Below are positions 15,144 through 25,313 of a DNA stretch of 32,000 nt, one piece after another. The translations under genes were made by a program, and so were the position numbers. Under the pieces are notes generated by a model. That model made no database searches and was not told where the DNA came from. It worked only from the letters and a program-made list of their open reading frames with translations. The DNA comes from an uncultured Lachnospiraceae bacterium (lineage in GTDB: Bacteria; Bacillota; Clostridia; Lachnospirales; Lachnospiraceae), in contig URXX01000003.1 in NCBI GenBank assembly GCA_900551895.1, positions 118,655 to 150,654 of the forward strand, in the 5' to 3' direction. How positions within the stretch are numbered: position 1 is the stretch's first letter; each line of letters opens with the position of its first letter.

Positions 15144-16223
15144 TTATACACATTCTTCTGAAAAAAGAAAAGAATCAATTACCTCTTTCACCGTTTCTAT
15201 TTTTGTGGCACGATATGCTTCCTCACCGCAGAAAACAAGACCGTTTTCCACATCTCCTTTCACTGCCTCAATCAGTTTATCCGTAATGCAATATGGAATT
15301 TCTTTTGGATTACAGCCTTTTATACATTGATGACAACGTTTAAACGGAATTTGTTCTCCCTTTTCTATCTGTTTAATTAGTTTATTTCGGATTGCCCGCG
15401 CAGGCATTCCCACAGGACTTTTTACAATTTGAATATCTTCTTTCTTTGCATTTATATAGGCTTCTTTGTAGCGTATGTCCGCATCACATTCTTTTGTTGT
15501 GACAAATCGGCTTCCAACCTGAATGCCCTCTGCTCCCAATTCTTTTGCTCTTTTCAAATCTTTTGCCGAACACATCCCGCCTGCAAGTATAATCGGAATT
15601 TTCTTTTCGTATCTTTTCTCATAAAATCGGATAACCTCCACTATTTTTTTGATTTCCATTTCATAGGAAGTATTATCCCATTTTTCCAGTTCATCCGAAT
15701 GAAATCCTAAATGTCCCCCTGCTTTCCATCCTTCTATCACAACCATATCTGCCGTAACCTTGTATTTTTTATCCCAATATTTCAAAATAACATGGGCAGA
15801 TTTTTCTGTGGATACAATCGGCGCAATACTTGTACCTGTCCCTTTTGTATAGAGAGGAAGTTCTGTCGGCAACCCAGCCCCCGAAACAATTACGTCTGCT
15901 CCCAAATTAACCGCCTGTTTCACATATTCCTCATATCGCCTTGTTGCCACCATAATGTTGAAACCGATAATTCCTTTAGGTGCAAGTTTTCTTGCAAATC
16001 CCAATTCCTTTTCCATAGCATGCAAGTTTACCTGCAATGGACTGATATCAAAATCTTTTTCACGAAATCCTATCTGCGCAGTGGAAATCAACCCTACTCC
16101 GCCCTCCTTTGCGACTGCTCCGGCAAGATGATGCAAACTTATGCCAACTCCCATACCACCTTGTACAATAGGAATATATGCTTTTTTCTTCCCGACCGCA
16201 AAAGATACCTGTTCTTTTTCCAT
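15144..16223 (-). CDS. nitronate monooxygenase / FabK-like FMN oxidoreductase with C-terminal Cys motif
   Basis: 359 aa. FMN-binding TIM-barrel signature IPIVQGGMGVGIS...GGVGLIS...AGGHLG. Motif C-x2-C-x3-C-x7-C (CHQCIKGCNPKEIPYC) is encoded at 15288-15335. It is a paralogue of the fabK at 22995..23933. Confidence 0.75.
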   Translation of the reverse strand: MEKEQVSFAVGKKKAYIPIVQGGMGVGISLHHLAGAVAKEGGVGLISTAQIGFREKDFDISPLQVNLHAMEKELGFARKLAPKGIIGFNIMVATRRYEEYVKQAVNLGADVIVSGAGLPTELPLYTKGTGTSIAPIVSTEKSAHVILKYWDKKYKVTADMVVIEGWKAGGHLGFHSDELEKWDNTSYEMEIKKIVEVIRFYEKRYEKKIPIILAGGMCSAKDLKRAKELGAEGIQVGSRFVTTKECDADIRYKEAYINAKKEDIQIVKSPVGMPARAIRNKLIKQIEKGEQIPFKRCHQCIKGCNPKEIPYCITDKLIEAVKGDVENGLVFCGEEAYRATKIETVKEVIDSFLFSEECV

Positions 16224-16235
16224 AACCGCTCCTTC

Positions 16236-17936
16236 CTACATGTTTCGGAAACGCTTATAACGTTCTTCTGCAATATCTGTTTCTGATATTTCTTTATATT
16301 TCCATAAAAAGTGATGTATTTTCCTTTCTAAGTTGTCACAGACAGAAGATAGTGTTTCTACCGTAAAATGTTGTGGCTCTTCGATGACTTCTTCCACAAT
16401 CCCTGCCTCTTTCAACTCTCTCGCCGTCAATTTCATCACTTCTGCCGCCTCTTTTGCCCGCTTGCTGTCTTTCCACAAAATCGAGGCAAATCCTTCTGGA
16501 GAGAGAATAGAGTAAATGGCATTTTCCAATATCCAGACCTCATTTGCAGTAGCCATAGCCAACGCTCCTCCGCTGCCGCCCTCTCCGATAATAATGGACA
16601 ACACCGGAACTTTTAACGCCGACATCTCATAAATATTTTGTGCAATCGCCTCTCCCTGCCCGCGTTCCTCCGCTTCAATTCCACAAAATGCCCCCGGAGT
16701 ATCTACCAAACAAATAACCGGACGATGAAATTTTTCCGCTTGTTTCATTAATCGCAATGCTTTTCTATATCCCTCAGGAGAAGGCATACCAAAATTTCTT
16801 TCCAAATTTTCTTTCGTTGTCCTTCCCTTTTCCTGTGCGATAACCGTCACCGGAATGCCATGAAATTTTGCAATTCCGCCCACAATGGCTTTGTCATCTT
16901 GAAAATATCTATCCCCATGCAATTCTATAAAATCCGTAAAAAGTCCGCGAATATAATCCGTGCCGACAGGTCGGTCCTTCATGCGGGATTTTGTCACACA
17001 GTCCCACGCCGTTCCGACCTTCCTTTCCACTGTTTCTTCCATATATGTATCTTTTGGCTTTTCAAAGATTTTCTTCTGCTCATGCAAATCAATTAATTGA
17101 AACAACACTTTTTTCAAATGTTCTCTTTCTACAATAGCATCTATAAAACCATGTTCCAATAAAAACTCTGACCGCTGAAATCCTTTCGGCAATTTTTGCC
17201 CGATCGTCTGCTCAATTACTCTCGGTCCTGCAAATCCGATTAACGCATTCGGCTCTGCCAAAATCACATCGCCTAACATGGCAAAACTTGCCGTCACGCC
17301 TCCCGTCGTCGGATTTGTTAAAACAGATATATAGAGTTGTCCTGCATCACTATGTTTTTTCAGAGCCGCCGCCGTTTTTGTCATCTGCATAAGAGAGGTG
17401 ATACCCTCCTGCATTCTCGCGCCGCCTGAACAGGCAAACAAAATGACCGGAAGTTTTTCTTCTGTAGCACGCTCAACCATACGGGTAATTTTTTCCCCTA
17501 CAACTTCTCCCATGCTCGCCATAATAAATCGGCTGTCACATACCCCAAGGGCAACCTCTTTTCCTCCAATTTTTGCCCGTCCGGTAACAACCGCTTCTTC
17601 CAGTCCTGTTTTTTCCTGCATCAATCGGATTTTTTCCTCATATCCTTTATATTGCAATGGATTTCTTGTACATAAGCCTCTGTCCCACTCTTCAAAACTT
17701 CCGGCATCTGCAACCATTTCCAATCGATGTTTCGCGTGTACACGAAAATAATTATGACATTTCGGGCAGATATAATATCCGTTTTTTACGTCTTCCGTAA
17801 AAATAGCAGATTTGCAGGCATTACATTTTTTCAAAATACCTTCGGGTACTTCCGGTATATGTTCTTTTTTTGACGGCTCTTTTAATGAAATATAATTTGT
17901 CTTTTTAAACATTTGCTTTAAATTCATTTTGCTCAC
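16236..17936 (-). CDS. accD/accA: acetyl-CoA carboxylase carboxyltransferase, fused beta (AccD) and alpha (AccA) subunits
   Basis: Single 566-aa ORF. The N-terminal Zn-ribbon CNACKS...CPKCHNY and the AccD body occupy about residues 1-285. The AccA part begins near [21 protein letters not shown] (cf. E. coli AccA [20 protein letters not shown]) and includes [10 protein letters not shown]. No stop or frameshift at the junction (~17012-17081). Confidence 0.9.
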   Translation of the reverse strand: MSKMNLKQMFKKTNYISLKEPSKKEHIPEVPEGILKKCNACKSAIFTEDVKNGYYICPKCHNYFRVHAKHRLEMVADAGSFEEWDRGLCTRNPLQYKGYEEKIRLMQEKTGLEEAVVTGRAKIGGKEVALGVCDSRFIMASMGEVVGEKITRMVERATEEKLPVILFACSGGARMQEGITSLMQMTKTAAALKKHSDAGQLYISVLTNPTTGGVTASFAMLGDVILAEPNALIGFAGPRVIEQTIGQKLPKGFQRSEFLLEHGFIDAIVEREHLKKVLFQLIDLHEQKKIFEKPKDTYMEETVERKVGTAWDCVTKSRMKDRPVGTDYIRGLFTDFIELHGDRYFQDDKAIVGGIAKFHGIPVTVIAQEKGRTTKENLERNFGMPSPEGYRKALRLMKQAEKFHRPVICLVDTPGAFCGIEAEERGQGEAIAQNIYEMSALKVPVLSIIIGEGGSGGALAMATANEVWILENAIYSILSPEGFASILWKDSKRAKEAAEVMKLTARELKEAGIVEEVIEEPQHFTVETLSSVCDNLERKIHHFLWKYKEISETDIAEERYKRFRNM

Positions 17937-19207
17937 ATCTTTTCTATAATTTCATACTGATAGTCTATGTTCGTGCCGATACCCTCTATAATTACCTCAC
18001 CTAATGCGCTTCGCATTTTCGCAATGGCATCTTCTCGCGTCTTACCATGTACAATCAACTTTGCCAGCATGGAGTCGTAGTAGGGCGGAACAATATAGCC
18101 GTGATATACTGCCGTGTCAATCCGCACGCCCTCTCCTCCCGGAAAGTGTACGTCCGTAATTTTACCTGAGGATTTTGCGTTAATTCTACACTCAATGGCA
18201 TGACCGTTTATACGGATATCGTCCTGCGTATAAGAAAGAGGAAACCCCGAAGCAATTCTTATCTGCTCCTTAATCAAATCCAACCCTGTAACCCATTCTG
18301 TCACCGGATGCTCCACCTGTATTCTCGTATTCATCTCCATGAAATAAAATTGGTTATCATTCTCCAATAAAAACTCGATTGTTCCCGCATTTTCATACTG
18401 CACCGCTTTTGCGGCTTTCACTGCCACCTCGCCCATTTTTCTGCGAAGCGTATTAGAAAGCACAGGACAGGGCGACTCTTCTATCAACTTTTGATGATTT
18501 TCCTGAATGGAACAGTCCCTCTCTCCGAGATGTACTACATTTCCATATTTGTCCGCCAATATTTGAAACTCAATATGTCTTGGGTTTTCCACAAAATGCT
18601 CGATATACATAGAATTATCCCCAAAAGACACCTTTGCTTCCTTCTGTGCCGTCTGAAAACTATTTAAAAATTCCTCTTCCGTGTATGCCACACGCATTCC
18701 TTTTCCGCCTCCGCCGAGAACCGCTTTAATGATAACGGGATAGCCTACTTCCGCCGCTATCTCCTTTCCCCTTACCATATCCAAAACAATTTCACTGCTG
18801 CCTGGAATAACTGGTATACCGGCATCAATCATTGTGTTTCTTGCCTGCGATTTATTTCCCATTTTCCGAATGACTTCTGATTTCGGCCCGATAAACGTAA
18901 TATGGCATTTCTCACACAACTCTGCAAATTTACTGTTCTCCGATAAAAAGCCAAATCCCGTATGAATGGCGTCTGCTCCCGAAGTAATTGTTGCACTGAT
19001 TATCCTCTCCATATTCAAATAACTTTCCTGCGATGGTGCAGGACCGATACAGACCGCTTCGTCCGCCAACTGTGTATGAAGCGCCTCGCGGTCTGCCTCA
19101 GAATAAACCGCCACCGTTTCAATTCCCATTTCTCTGCAGGTACGGATAATCCGAACTGCAATTTCGCCTCTGTTTGCAATTAACACTTTTTTTATCATGT
19201 CTTTCAC
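17933..19207 (-). CDS. accC: acetyl-CoA carboxylase biotin carboxylase subunit
   Basis: 424 aa. N-terminus [19 protein letters not shown]-grasp [26 protein letters not shown] overlap with the accD/A start. The C-terminus is somewhat short relative to typical AccC. Confidence 0.92.
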   Translation of the reverse strand: MKDMIKKVLIANRGEIAVRIIRTCREMGIETVAVYSEADREALHTQLADEAVCIGPAPSQESYLNMERIISATITSGADAIHTGFGFLSENSKFAELCEKCHITFIGPKSEVIRKMGNKSQARNTMIDAGIPVIPGSSEIVLDMVRGKEIAAEVGYPVIIKAVLGGGGKGMRVAYTEEEFLNSFQTAQKEAKVSFGDNSMYIEHFVENPRHIEFQILADKYGNVVHLGERDCSIQENHQKLIEESPCPVLSNTLRRKMGEVAVKAAKAVQYENAGTIEFLLENDNQFYFMEMNTRIQVEHPVTEWVTGLDLIKEQIRIASGFPLSYTQDDIRINGHAIECRINAKSSGKITDVHFPGGEGVRIDTAVYHGYIVPPYYDSMLAKLIVHGKTREDAIAKMRSALGEVIIEGIGTNIDYQYEIIEKM

Positions 19208-19636
19208 CTATCCAATCATAAAGGTCAATTCGGCACTTACCACCACTTTCCCATTCACACTGGCAACTGCCTCTCCAATTCCAAGCGGTCCTTTCTGTTT
19301 AATCATTCTCGTTTCTAACTTCAACTTATCTCCCGGCACAACTTTTCCTTTAAATTTACATTTCTGTATTCCGCCAAAATATGCAATTTTCCCTTTGTTT
19401 TCTTCTTTTGATAGAATGGCAACCGCCCCAACCTGTGCCAATGCTTCCACTGTAAGTACCCCCGGCATAATCGGTTCCTGCGGAAAATGTCCTAGAAAAA
19501 AATCTTCTCTGTAAGTCACACATTTATAGCCGACAGCAAACTCCCCCGGCTCGTAATCTTCTATATAATCTACAAGTAAAAACGGATGTCTGTGGGGAAT
19601 AATCTCACAGATTTCCTGCACGGTTAATCCTTTCAT
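19208..19636 (-). CDS. fabZ: 3-hydroxyacyl-ACP dehydratase FabZ
   Basis: 142 aa. IPHRHPFLLVD and HFPQEPIMPGVL active-site motifs. Confidence 0.92.
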   Translation of the reverse strand: MKGLTVQEICEIIPHRHPFLLVDYIEDYEPGEFAVGYKCVTYREDFFLGHFPQEPIMPGVLTVEALAQVGAVAILSKEENKGKIAYFGGIQKCKFKGKVVPGDKLKLETRMIKQKGPLGIGEAVASVNGKVVVSAELTFMIG

Positions 19637-19647
19637 TTCTTTTCCTC

Positions 19648-20073
19648 CTATTTCAAACGAAACAGTGGCTGACCATACTCCACTGCCTGACCGTTTTCCA
19701 CGAAAATTTCTTCAACAACGCCGTCAAACTCACTTTCAATCTCATTCATCAGTTTCATCGCTTCCACAATTGCCAAAGTCTGCCCTTTTGCCACCGTATC
19801 TCCTACACGAACAAACGGCTCTGCCTCCTCAGAAGGAGAAGCATAAAATGTTCCTACCAATAACGAAGTAACAATTTTTCCCTCCTGAATCTCCTCCGAT
19901 TTTTGTGTTTCTTCTCCCTTTATCTGTGGAGCAGGCAACTCTTTTTCCACACCATACACAACCTGACATTCTTTTTTCATACCGATTTTTATTCCGTTTT
20001 CTTCATATTGAAACTCTGTCAATTTTGAGGAAGACACGGACTGTATTAATTCAATCAACTGTTCTTTTTCCAT
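19648..20073 (-). CDS. accB: acetyl-CoA carboxylase biotin carboxyl carrier protein
   Basis: 141 aa. Biotinylation motif EAMKLMNEI in a C-terminal lipoyl-like domain. Confidence 0.9.
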   Translation of the reverse strand: MEKEQLIELIQSVSSSKLTEFQYEENGIKIGMKKECQVVYGVEKELPAPQIKGEETQKSEEIQEGKIVTSLLVGTFYASPSEEAEPFVRVGDTVAKGQTLAIVEAMKLMNEIESEFDGVVEEIFVENGQAVEYGQPLFRLK

Positions 20074-20075
20074 TT

Positions 20076-21320
20076 CTACTCTTCCTCCTTATATTTTTTT
20101 ACTAAAATCGTTGCATTGTGTCCGCCAAATCCAAGAGAATTGCTAATAGCACAATTTACCTCTTTTTCCACCGGAGAATGTACCGCATAATTTAACGTAC
20201 ATTCCTCATCTAAATTTTCTGTTCCCATCGTCTGATGAATGAATCCTTCCTGAATGGTTTTGATGCAAGTAATAAATTCTACCGCTCCCGCTGCACCAAG
20301 CAAGTGTCCTATCATCGACTTTGTCGAGTTAATAACAGGATTCTGTGCGGCTTCCCCAAATGCAAGAGAAATTGCTCTCGTTTCAAACAAATCATTGTGA
20401 TGTGTACTTGTCCCGTGGGCATTTATATAATCCACATCTTCAGGAAGCATACCCGCTTCTTTTATTGCCAATTCTATTGCTTTTGCCGCTCCGCTGCCGT
20501 CTTCTGCAGGAGAAGTAATGTGGTACGCGTCACAGGTTGCTCCATAGCCCGCAACTTCGCCATAAATTTTTGCCCCCCTTGCTTTAGCATGTTCCAATTC
20601 TTCCAAAACAACAACGCCTGCTCCTTCTCCGATAACAAATCCGCTTCTGTCTTTATCAAACGGAATAGATGCTCTATTTTTATCCGTGCTTGTCGTCAAT
20701 GCAGTCAATGCGGAAAATCCCGCCACTGCCGTAGGACAGATAGAACTTTCTGTCCCTCCTGCCAACATTACATCTGCATCACCATACTGAATGGCGCGAA
20801 AAGCATCACCGATAGCGTGTGTACCCGTTGCACAGGCAGTTGTGACACTTGTACATTTTCCTTTTAAGCCAAGTTGAATTGCCACGTTTCCTGCTGCCAT
20901 ATTGGAAATCATAAGCGGAACCATAAGCGGATTGACTCTTGACGGTCCTTTCGCCTGAAGTTTATCGTATTCTCTCTCCACAACCTGAAGACTCCCGATT
21001 CCCGAACCGACAATTACGCCCATGCGGAAAGGATCTTCTTTCTCCATACAAAGTCCCGCATCTTCAAATGCCTCTTTTCCCGCTGCAACCGCATACTGCG
21101 AAAAAGTTTCCATTCGTTTTGCCGTCTTAAAATCCATTCTCTCCTTAGCAACAAAACCTTTTACTTCCGCCGCCAGTTTCACCTTATATTCTGTCGTATC
21201 AAATTTTGTAATCTCGCCGATGCCAACTTTTCCCGCCTTAATTCCTTCCCAAAACTCCTCCACAGAATTTCCAATCGGGGTAATTGCTCCCATACCTGTC
21301 ACAACAACTCTTCTTTTCAT
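20076..21320 (-). CDS. fabF: 3-oxoacyl-ACP synthase II
   Basis: 414 aa. RRVVVTGMG start, active-site TACATG, DYINAHGTSTHHND and GHLLGAAG. Confidence 0.92.
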   Translation of the reverse strand: MKRRVVVTGMGAITPIGNSVEEFWEGIKAGKVGIGEITKFDTTEYKVKLAAEVKGFVAKERMDFKTAKRMETFSQYAVAAGKEAFEDAGLCMEKEDPFRMGVIVGSGIGSLQVVEREYDKLQAKGPSRVNPLMVPLMISNMAAGNVAIQLGLKGKCTSVTTACATGTHAIGDAFRAIQYGDADVMLAGGTESSICPTAVAGFSALTALTTSTDKNRASIPFDKDRSGFVIGEGAGVVVLEELEHAKARGAKIYGEVAGYGATCDAYHITSPAEDGSGAAKAIELAIKEAGMLPEDVDYINAHGTSTHHNDLFETRAISLAFGEAAQNPVINSTKSMIGHLLGAAGAVEFITCIKTIQEGFIHQTMGTENLDEECTLNYAVHSPVEKEVNCAISNSLGFGGHNATILVKKYKEEE

Positions 21321-21332
21321 TACATGCTCTCC

Positions 21333-22073
21333 TTATATCACCATTCCGCCGTCCACATGAATCACCTGTCCTGTAATATATCCTGCCTGTTCCGATGCCA
21401 AAAACGAAACTGCACCGGCAATATCCTCCGGTTTTCCATAATGTCCCAAAGGTATTTTCGCTATAGACTCTTCTTTTACCTTATCCGGCAATCTTTTTGT
21501 CATATCCGTTTCGATAAATCCCGGAGCAATGGCATTTACCGTAATCTTTCTTGATGCCAGTTCGCGTGCGGCAGACTTCGTCAAACCGATTACTCCCGCT
21601 TTGGACGCCGCATAATTTGCCTGCCCTGCATTTCCCGCAACACCTACAACCGAAGAAATATTGATAATTCTTCCATAACGCTGTTTTATCATCTGCCTTG
21701 TCACAAAACGCATACAGTGAAACGTTCCCTTTAAATTCGTGTCAATAACCGTGTCAAACTCTTCCTCCGACATTTTCATCAGCAGACCGTCACGGGCTAC
21801 TCCCGCATTATTTACTAAAATATCTACTCGTTTATACTTTTCGATAATTTGTTGAAAAAACTGTTCACATCCGTGAAAATCCGCAACATTGCACTGCATA
21901 ATTTCCGCCGTTCCGCCATTTTCTTCTATTTCCAGTTTCACTTCTTCCGCCTTTTGAGCAGAGCCGTTATAGTTGATAATGACATTTGCCCCCTGTCGGG
22001 CAAGTTCTAATGCAATCGCTCTTCCGATTCCTCTCGAACCGCCTGTCACAACCGCTGTCTGTCCGCTTAACAT
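21333..22073 (-). CDS. fabG: 3-oxoacyl-ACP reductase
   Basis: 246 aa SDR. TGGSRGIGRA cofactor motif, YAASKAG catalytic motif, fab context. Confidence 0.92.
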   Translation of the reverse strand: MLSGQTAVVTGGSRGIGRAIALELARQGANVIINYNGSAQKAEEVKLEIEENGGTAEIMQCNVADFHGCEQFFQQIIEKYKRVDILVNNAGVARDGLLMKMSEEEFDTVIDTNLKGTFHCMRFVTRQMIKQRYGRIINISSVVGVAGNAGQANYAASKAGVIGLTKSAARELASRKITVNAIAPGFIETDMTKRLPDKVKEESIAKIPLGHYGKPEDIAGAVSFLASEQAGYITGQVIHVDGGMVI

Positions 22074-23002
22074 TTATTTGCACCTCCAAGTTCAGCCAGC
22101 ACTTTCTCCATATCTTCCCAAGTGCTGATACTGTATGTTTTTACATTTCTATTTATTTTTCTGATAAACCCTGACAATGTTTTTCCTACACCTATTTCCA
22201 CAAATGTGTCTACACCATCAGCAATCATAGTTTCTACACTTTCCTGCCAGAGAACCGAAGAAGCCACCTGTTTTGAAAGCAACTCTTTCGTTTCTTTTAT
22301 ATCTGTAATGTATTTTCCTGTCACATTTGTCACATATGGAATTTGCAATTCACTGAAAGAAATGTTTTCCAACAGTTCGCCTAACTTTTTCCCCGCTTCA
22401 ACCAAAAACAGGGAATGAAACGGACCGCTCACGTTCAGCAGCATTGCTCTTTTTGCCCCTGCCGACAAAAGTTTTTCGTTTGCCTCCCGCACCGCGTCTG
22501 TTTTTCCTGTAATTACAATCTGATTTGGACAGTTATAATTGGCAACAAAAACATTTTCCATATCTGCGATAACATTTTCCACTTCTTGCCCCGCCATGCC
22601 AAGAATAGCGGACATAGTGCCTTCTCCTTCCGGAACGGCATCCTGCATAAACTTTCCTCTCTCTCTTACAACCGAAATCGCATCCATATCGGACATTCCT
22701 CCTGCAATCGCAATGGCGGTGTACTCTCCCAAACTTAACCCCGCCGTCACATCCGCATGCAGTCCTCTTTTCTCCACCTCTCTTGCAATGGCAAGAGAAG
22801 TTGTCACTAGTGCAGCCTGTGTATATTCTGTTTTATCCAACAAATCATTTTCTTCAAAACATAACTTTCTCAAATCTAATTCCAGTTTCTCGGAAGCAGT
22901 GTCAAATATGTTCTTTGCGATTTCACTATGCTCATAAAAATCTTTTCCCATACCTGCTTTCTGCGCTCCCTGTCCTGAAAAAACAAATGCGATTTTATTC
23001 AT
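22067..23002 (-). CDS. fabD: malonyl CoA-ACP transacylase
   Basis: 311 aa. FSGQGAQKAGMG and GLSLGEYTA active-site serine motif. Confidence 0.92.
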   Translation of the reverse strand: MNKIAFVFSGQGAQKAGMGKDFYEHSEIAKNIFDTASEKLELDLRKLCFEENDLLDKTEYTQAALVTTSLAIAREVEKRGLHADVTAGLSLGEYTAIAIAGGMSDMDAISVVRERGKFMQDAVPEGEGTMSAILGMAGQEVENVIADMENVFVANYNCPNQIVITGKTDAVREANEKLLSAGAKRAMLLNVSGPFHSLFLVEAGKKLGELLENISFSELQIPYVTNVTGKYITDIKETKELLSKQVASSVLWQESVETMIADGVDTFVEIGVGKTLSGFIRKINRNVKTYSISTWEDMEKVLAELGGANKC

Positions 23003-23933
23003 AAAACCTTTTTCCTTTCATTAACTTATCGGTTTCTGTCACCAACTTTTCAATAAGTGCCTTACAGGACATTTCCTCTTTCACAAGTCCCGCTATCTGC
23101 CCCGCCATTACACTTCCATTTATTACATCGCCTTCGATAACCGCCTTTCGCAATCCCCCGAGGGTTAAAAGTTCCAGTTCCTCCAAAGACGCACCTTCCT
23201 TTTCCAATTTCAAATATTCTTTCGTCATCTGATTACGCAATGCACGCACCGGATGACCTGTCGTTCTCCCTGTTACTCTAGAGTCAATATCTTTTGCTTT
23301 GATAATACATTTTTTGTAATTTTCATGTACAATAGACTCTTTCGTCACAACAAAACAAGTGCCAAGTTGTACTGCCTCCGCTCCCAGCATAAAAGCGGCT
23401 GCCATTCCTCTGCCGTCCCCGATACCGCCTGCGGAAATAACCGGAATTTCCACTGCATCAACAATCTGAGGAACAAGCACCATAGTTGTATTCTCTCCGA
23501 TATGACCTCCCGCCTCCGTGCCTTCTGCCACGATTGCATCCGCACCGCATCTTTCCATGCGTTTTGCCATTGCTACGGAAGCCACAACCGGAATTACTTT
23601 CACTCCCGCTTCCTTCCACATTTTTATATATTTTTCGGGATTTCCCGCCCCTGTTGTCACAACAGGGACCTTTTCTTCCACAACTACTTTTGCTACCTCA
23701 TCTGCATTCGGACTCATCAGCATAATATTTACTCCAAACGGTTTATCTGTCTGTTTCTTTACTTCCTTAATCTGTTCGCGCACCCACTCTGCCGGTGCAT
23801 TTGCAGCCCCTATCATACCTAATCCGCCTGCCTTTGACACGCCTGCTGCAAGGTGATACTCTGCAACCCATGCCATACCCCCTTGTATAATCGGATACTC
23901 GATTTCCAGTAATTCAGTCACTCTTGTTTTCAT
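22995..23933 (-). CDS. fabK: enoyl-ACP reductase II (FMN-dependent)
   Basis: 312 aa. YPIIQGGMAWVA, GAEAGGHIG, and a position between acpP and fabD as in streptococcal-type fab clusters. Confidence 0.88.
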   Translation of the reverse strand: MKTRVTELLEIEYPIIQGGMAWVAEYHLAAGVSKAGGLGMIGAANAPAEWVREQIKEVKKQTDKPFGVNIMLMSPNADEVAKVVVEEKVPVVTTGAGNPEKYIKMWKEAGVKVIPVVASVAMAKRMERCGADAIVAEGTEAGGHIGENTTMVLVPQIVDAVEIPVISAGGIGDGRGMAAAFMLGAEAVQLGTCFVVTKESIVHENYKKCIIKAKDIDSRVTGRTTGHPVRALRNQMTKEYLKLEKEGASLEELELLTLGGLRKAVIEGDVINGSVMAGQIAGLVKEEMSCKALIEKLVTETDKLMKGKRFYE

Positions 23934-23955
23934 ACGATAACCTTTCTTTTTGAAC

Positions 23956-24174
23956 CTACGCTTCTAAATACGCTACTACATCTCCGATTGTCGTTAATTT
24001 TTCCAAATCTTCCGTAGGAATTTCTTTTTCAAATTCTTCTTCAAATGCCATTACCATTTCAAATAAATCTAAAGAGTCTGCTCCTAAATCTTCTTTGAAG
24101 GAAGTTGTCGGTGTTAATTCCTCCACATCTGCTCCTAATGAATCTGCTACAATTTCTTTTACTTTTTCTAACAT
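23956..24174 (-). CDS. acpP: acyl carrier protein
   Basis: Start set at ATG 24174 (MLEKVKEIV..., 72 aa) after an AAAGGAGAAAAA SD. The ORF-track start 24231 overlaps fabH. Phosphopantetheine site [10 protein letters not shown]. Confidence 0.9.
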   Translation of the reverse strand: MLEKVKEIVADSLGADVEELTPTTSFKEDLGADSLDLFEMVMAFEEEFEKEIPTEDLEKLTTIGDVVAYLEA

Positions 24175-24224
24175 CTTATTTTTCTCCTTTATTTCCTTAA
24201 ATTTATGTAATCCTAAATTGGATA

Positions 24225-25148
24225 TTACCACTCAATCAGACTTGCTCCCCACGATAGTCCTGCGCCAAATCCCGATATAACGATTTTCATTCCTTTTTTG
24301 AGTAAACCTTTTCGGTTCATCTCATCTAATAAAATCGGTATACTTGCCGAGGAGGTATTTCCATATTCCTGTAAATTCATGGGAAATTTTTCTATTTCCA
24401 TTTTCATTTTTTTTGCAACTGCTTCCACAATTCTCTTATTTGCCTGATGCAATATAAAATAATCCACTTCTTCTTTTGGTAAATGATTTTCTTCCAGCAG
24501 TTCACAAATACATTTCGGTACTTGCTTTACGGCAAACTTAAAGACCTCCTGACCGTCCATACGGATAAAATCATTTTGTCCGCAGGTGAGCGCCTTTCCT
24601 TTTTCACCGTCCGAATATGTTATTATCGGAAATTTCGTTCCCTCTGCCGCCTGTAACACAACCGCGCCTGCGCCATCTCCAAATAAAATGCACGTTCCAC
24701 GGTCTTTCCAGTCAATCAGATTTGAAAGACACTCTGCGCCAATCACCATTCCGGTTCGATATATTCCGCTTGCGATATAAGCCTGTGCCGTATTGTATGC
24801 AAACAAAAAACCGCTGCATGCCGCATTCAAATCAAAACAGGTTGCGTTGACCGCTCCGATTTTTTTCTGCACCTCGCAGGCGGCACAGGGCAAAATCACA
24901 TTTGAAGATATAGTCGATACAATAATAAAATCCATTTCTTCCGCAGATATTTTTGCATTTTTCAACGCCCTTTCCGCAGATTTCACTGCCATATCAACTA
25001 TATTCTCTTCCTGTGCAATATGGCGTCTGGCAATTCCCGTCCTCTCTCTAATCCATTCATCACTCGTCTCCACAAGGTTTGCCAAATCATCGTTTTTCAT
25101 AACATTGGGCGGGGCATATGCACCCGTTCCACATATTTTTCCTATCAT
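24225..25148 (-). CDS. fabH: 3-oxoacyl-ACP synthase III
   Basis: Start set at ATG 25148 ([13 protein letters not shown]..., 307 aa) after a GGAGA SD. The ORF-track start 25181 is a TTG only ~10 nt from the predicted transcription start. Active-site AACSGF, HQAN and GFGAGLSWG. Confidence 0.9.
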   Translation of the reverse strand: MIGKICGTGAYAPPNVMKNDDLANLVETSDEWIRERTGIARRHIAQEENIVDMAVKSAERALKNAKISAEEMDFIIVSTISSNVILPCAACEVQKKIGAVNATCFDLNAACSGFLFAYNTAQAYIASGIYRTGMVIGAECLSNLIDWKDRGTCILFGDGAGAVVLQAAEGTKFPIITYSDGEKGKALTCGQNDFIRMDGQEVFKFAVKQVPKCICELLEENHLPKEEVDYFILHQANKRIVEAVAKKMKMEIEKFPMNLQEYGNTSSASIPILLDEMNRKGLLKKGMKIVISGFGAGLSWGASLIEW

Positions 25149-25181
25149 TTTCTTTTCTCCATATTTTGTTTTGAGTTTCAA

Positions 25182-25202
25182 ATACTTTGATATTCAAAGT
25201 AT
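25182..25202. promoter_or_regulatory. FabT-type operator palindrome ATACTTTGA-TAT-TCAAAGTAT
   Basis: Perfect 9-bp inverted repeat with a 3-nt spacer. The core ACTTTGAtatTCAAAGT matches the published streptococcal/lactococcal FabT box pattern ANTTTGA-N3-TCAAANT. It overlaps the -10 of the fabH promoter. Confidence 0.6.
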
Positions 25203-25225
25203 ACTACCAAAAAAATATTTGTCAA
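25198..25225 (-). promoter_or_regulatory. fab operon promoter (TTGACA-16 nt-TATACT)
   Basis: Minus strand: -35 TTGACA (25225-25220), a 16-nt spacer, and -10 TATACT (25203-25198). It lies ~45-50 nt upstream of the fabH ATG. Confidence 0.55.
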
Positions 25226-25313
25226 CAATTTTTTTCTTTCTCATCTATAAAATCTACTCTTCCAGCCATACTATAGTAGAAAAAATCCTAAATTTACGGA
25301 AAAGGAGACAGTT

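Noticed and set aside
15711-16286. 191-aa Cys-rich plus-strand ORF, together with similar long plus-strand ORFs at 20235..20867, 22539..22937, 23253..23822 and 24793..25317
   Set aside because: All lie fully antisense to well-supported fab/acc genes and have no SD. Their Cys/Phe/Arg-rich low-complexity composition is typical of shadow frames of AT-rich coding DNA.
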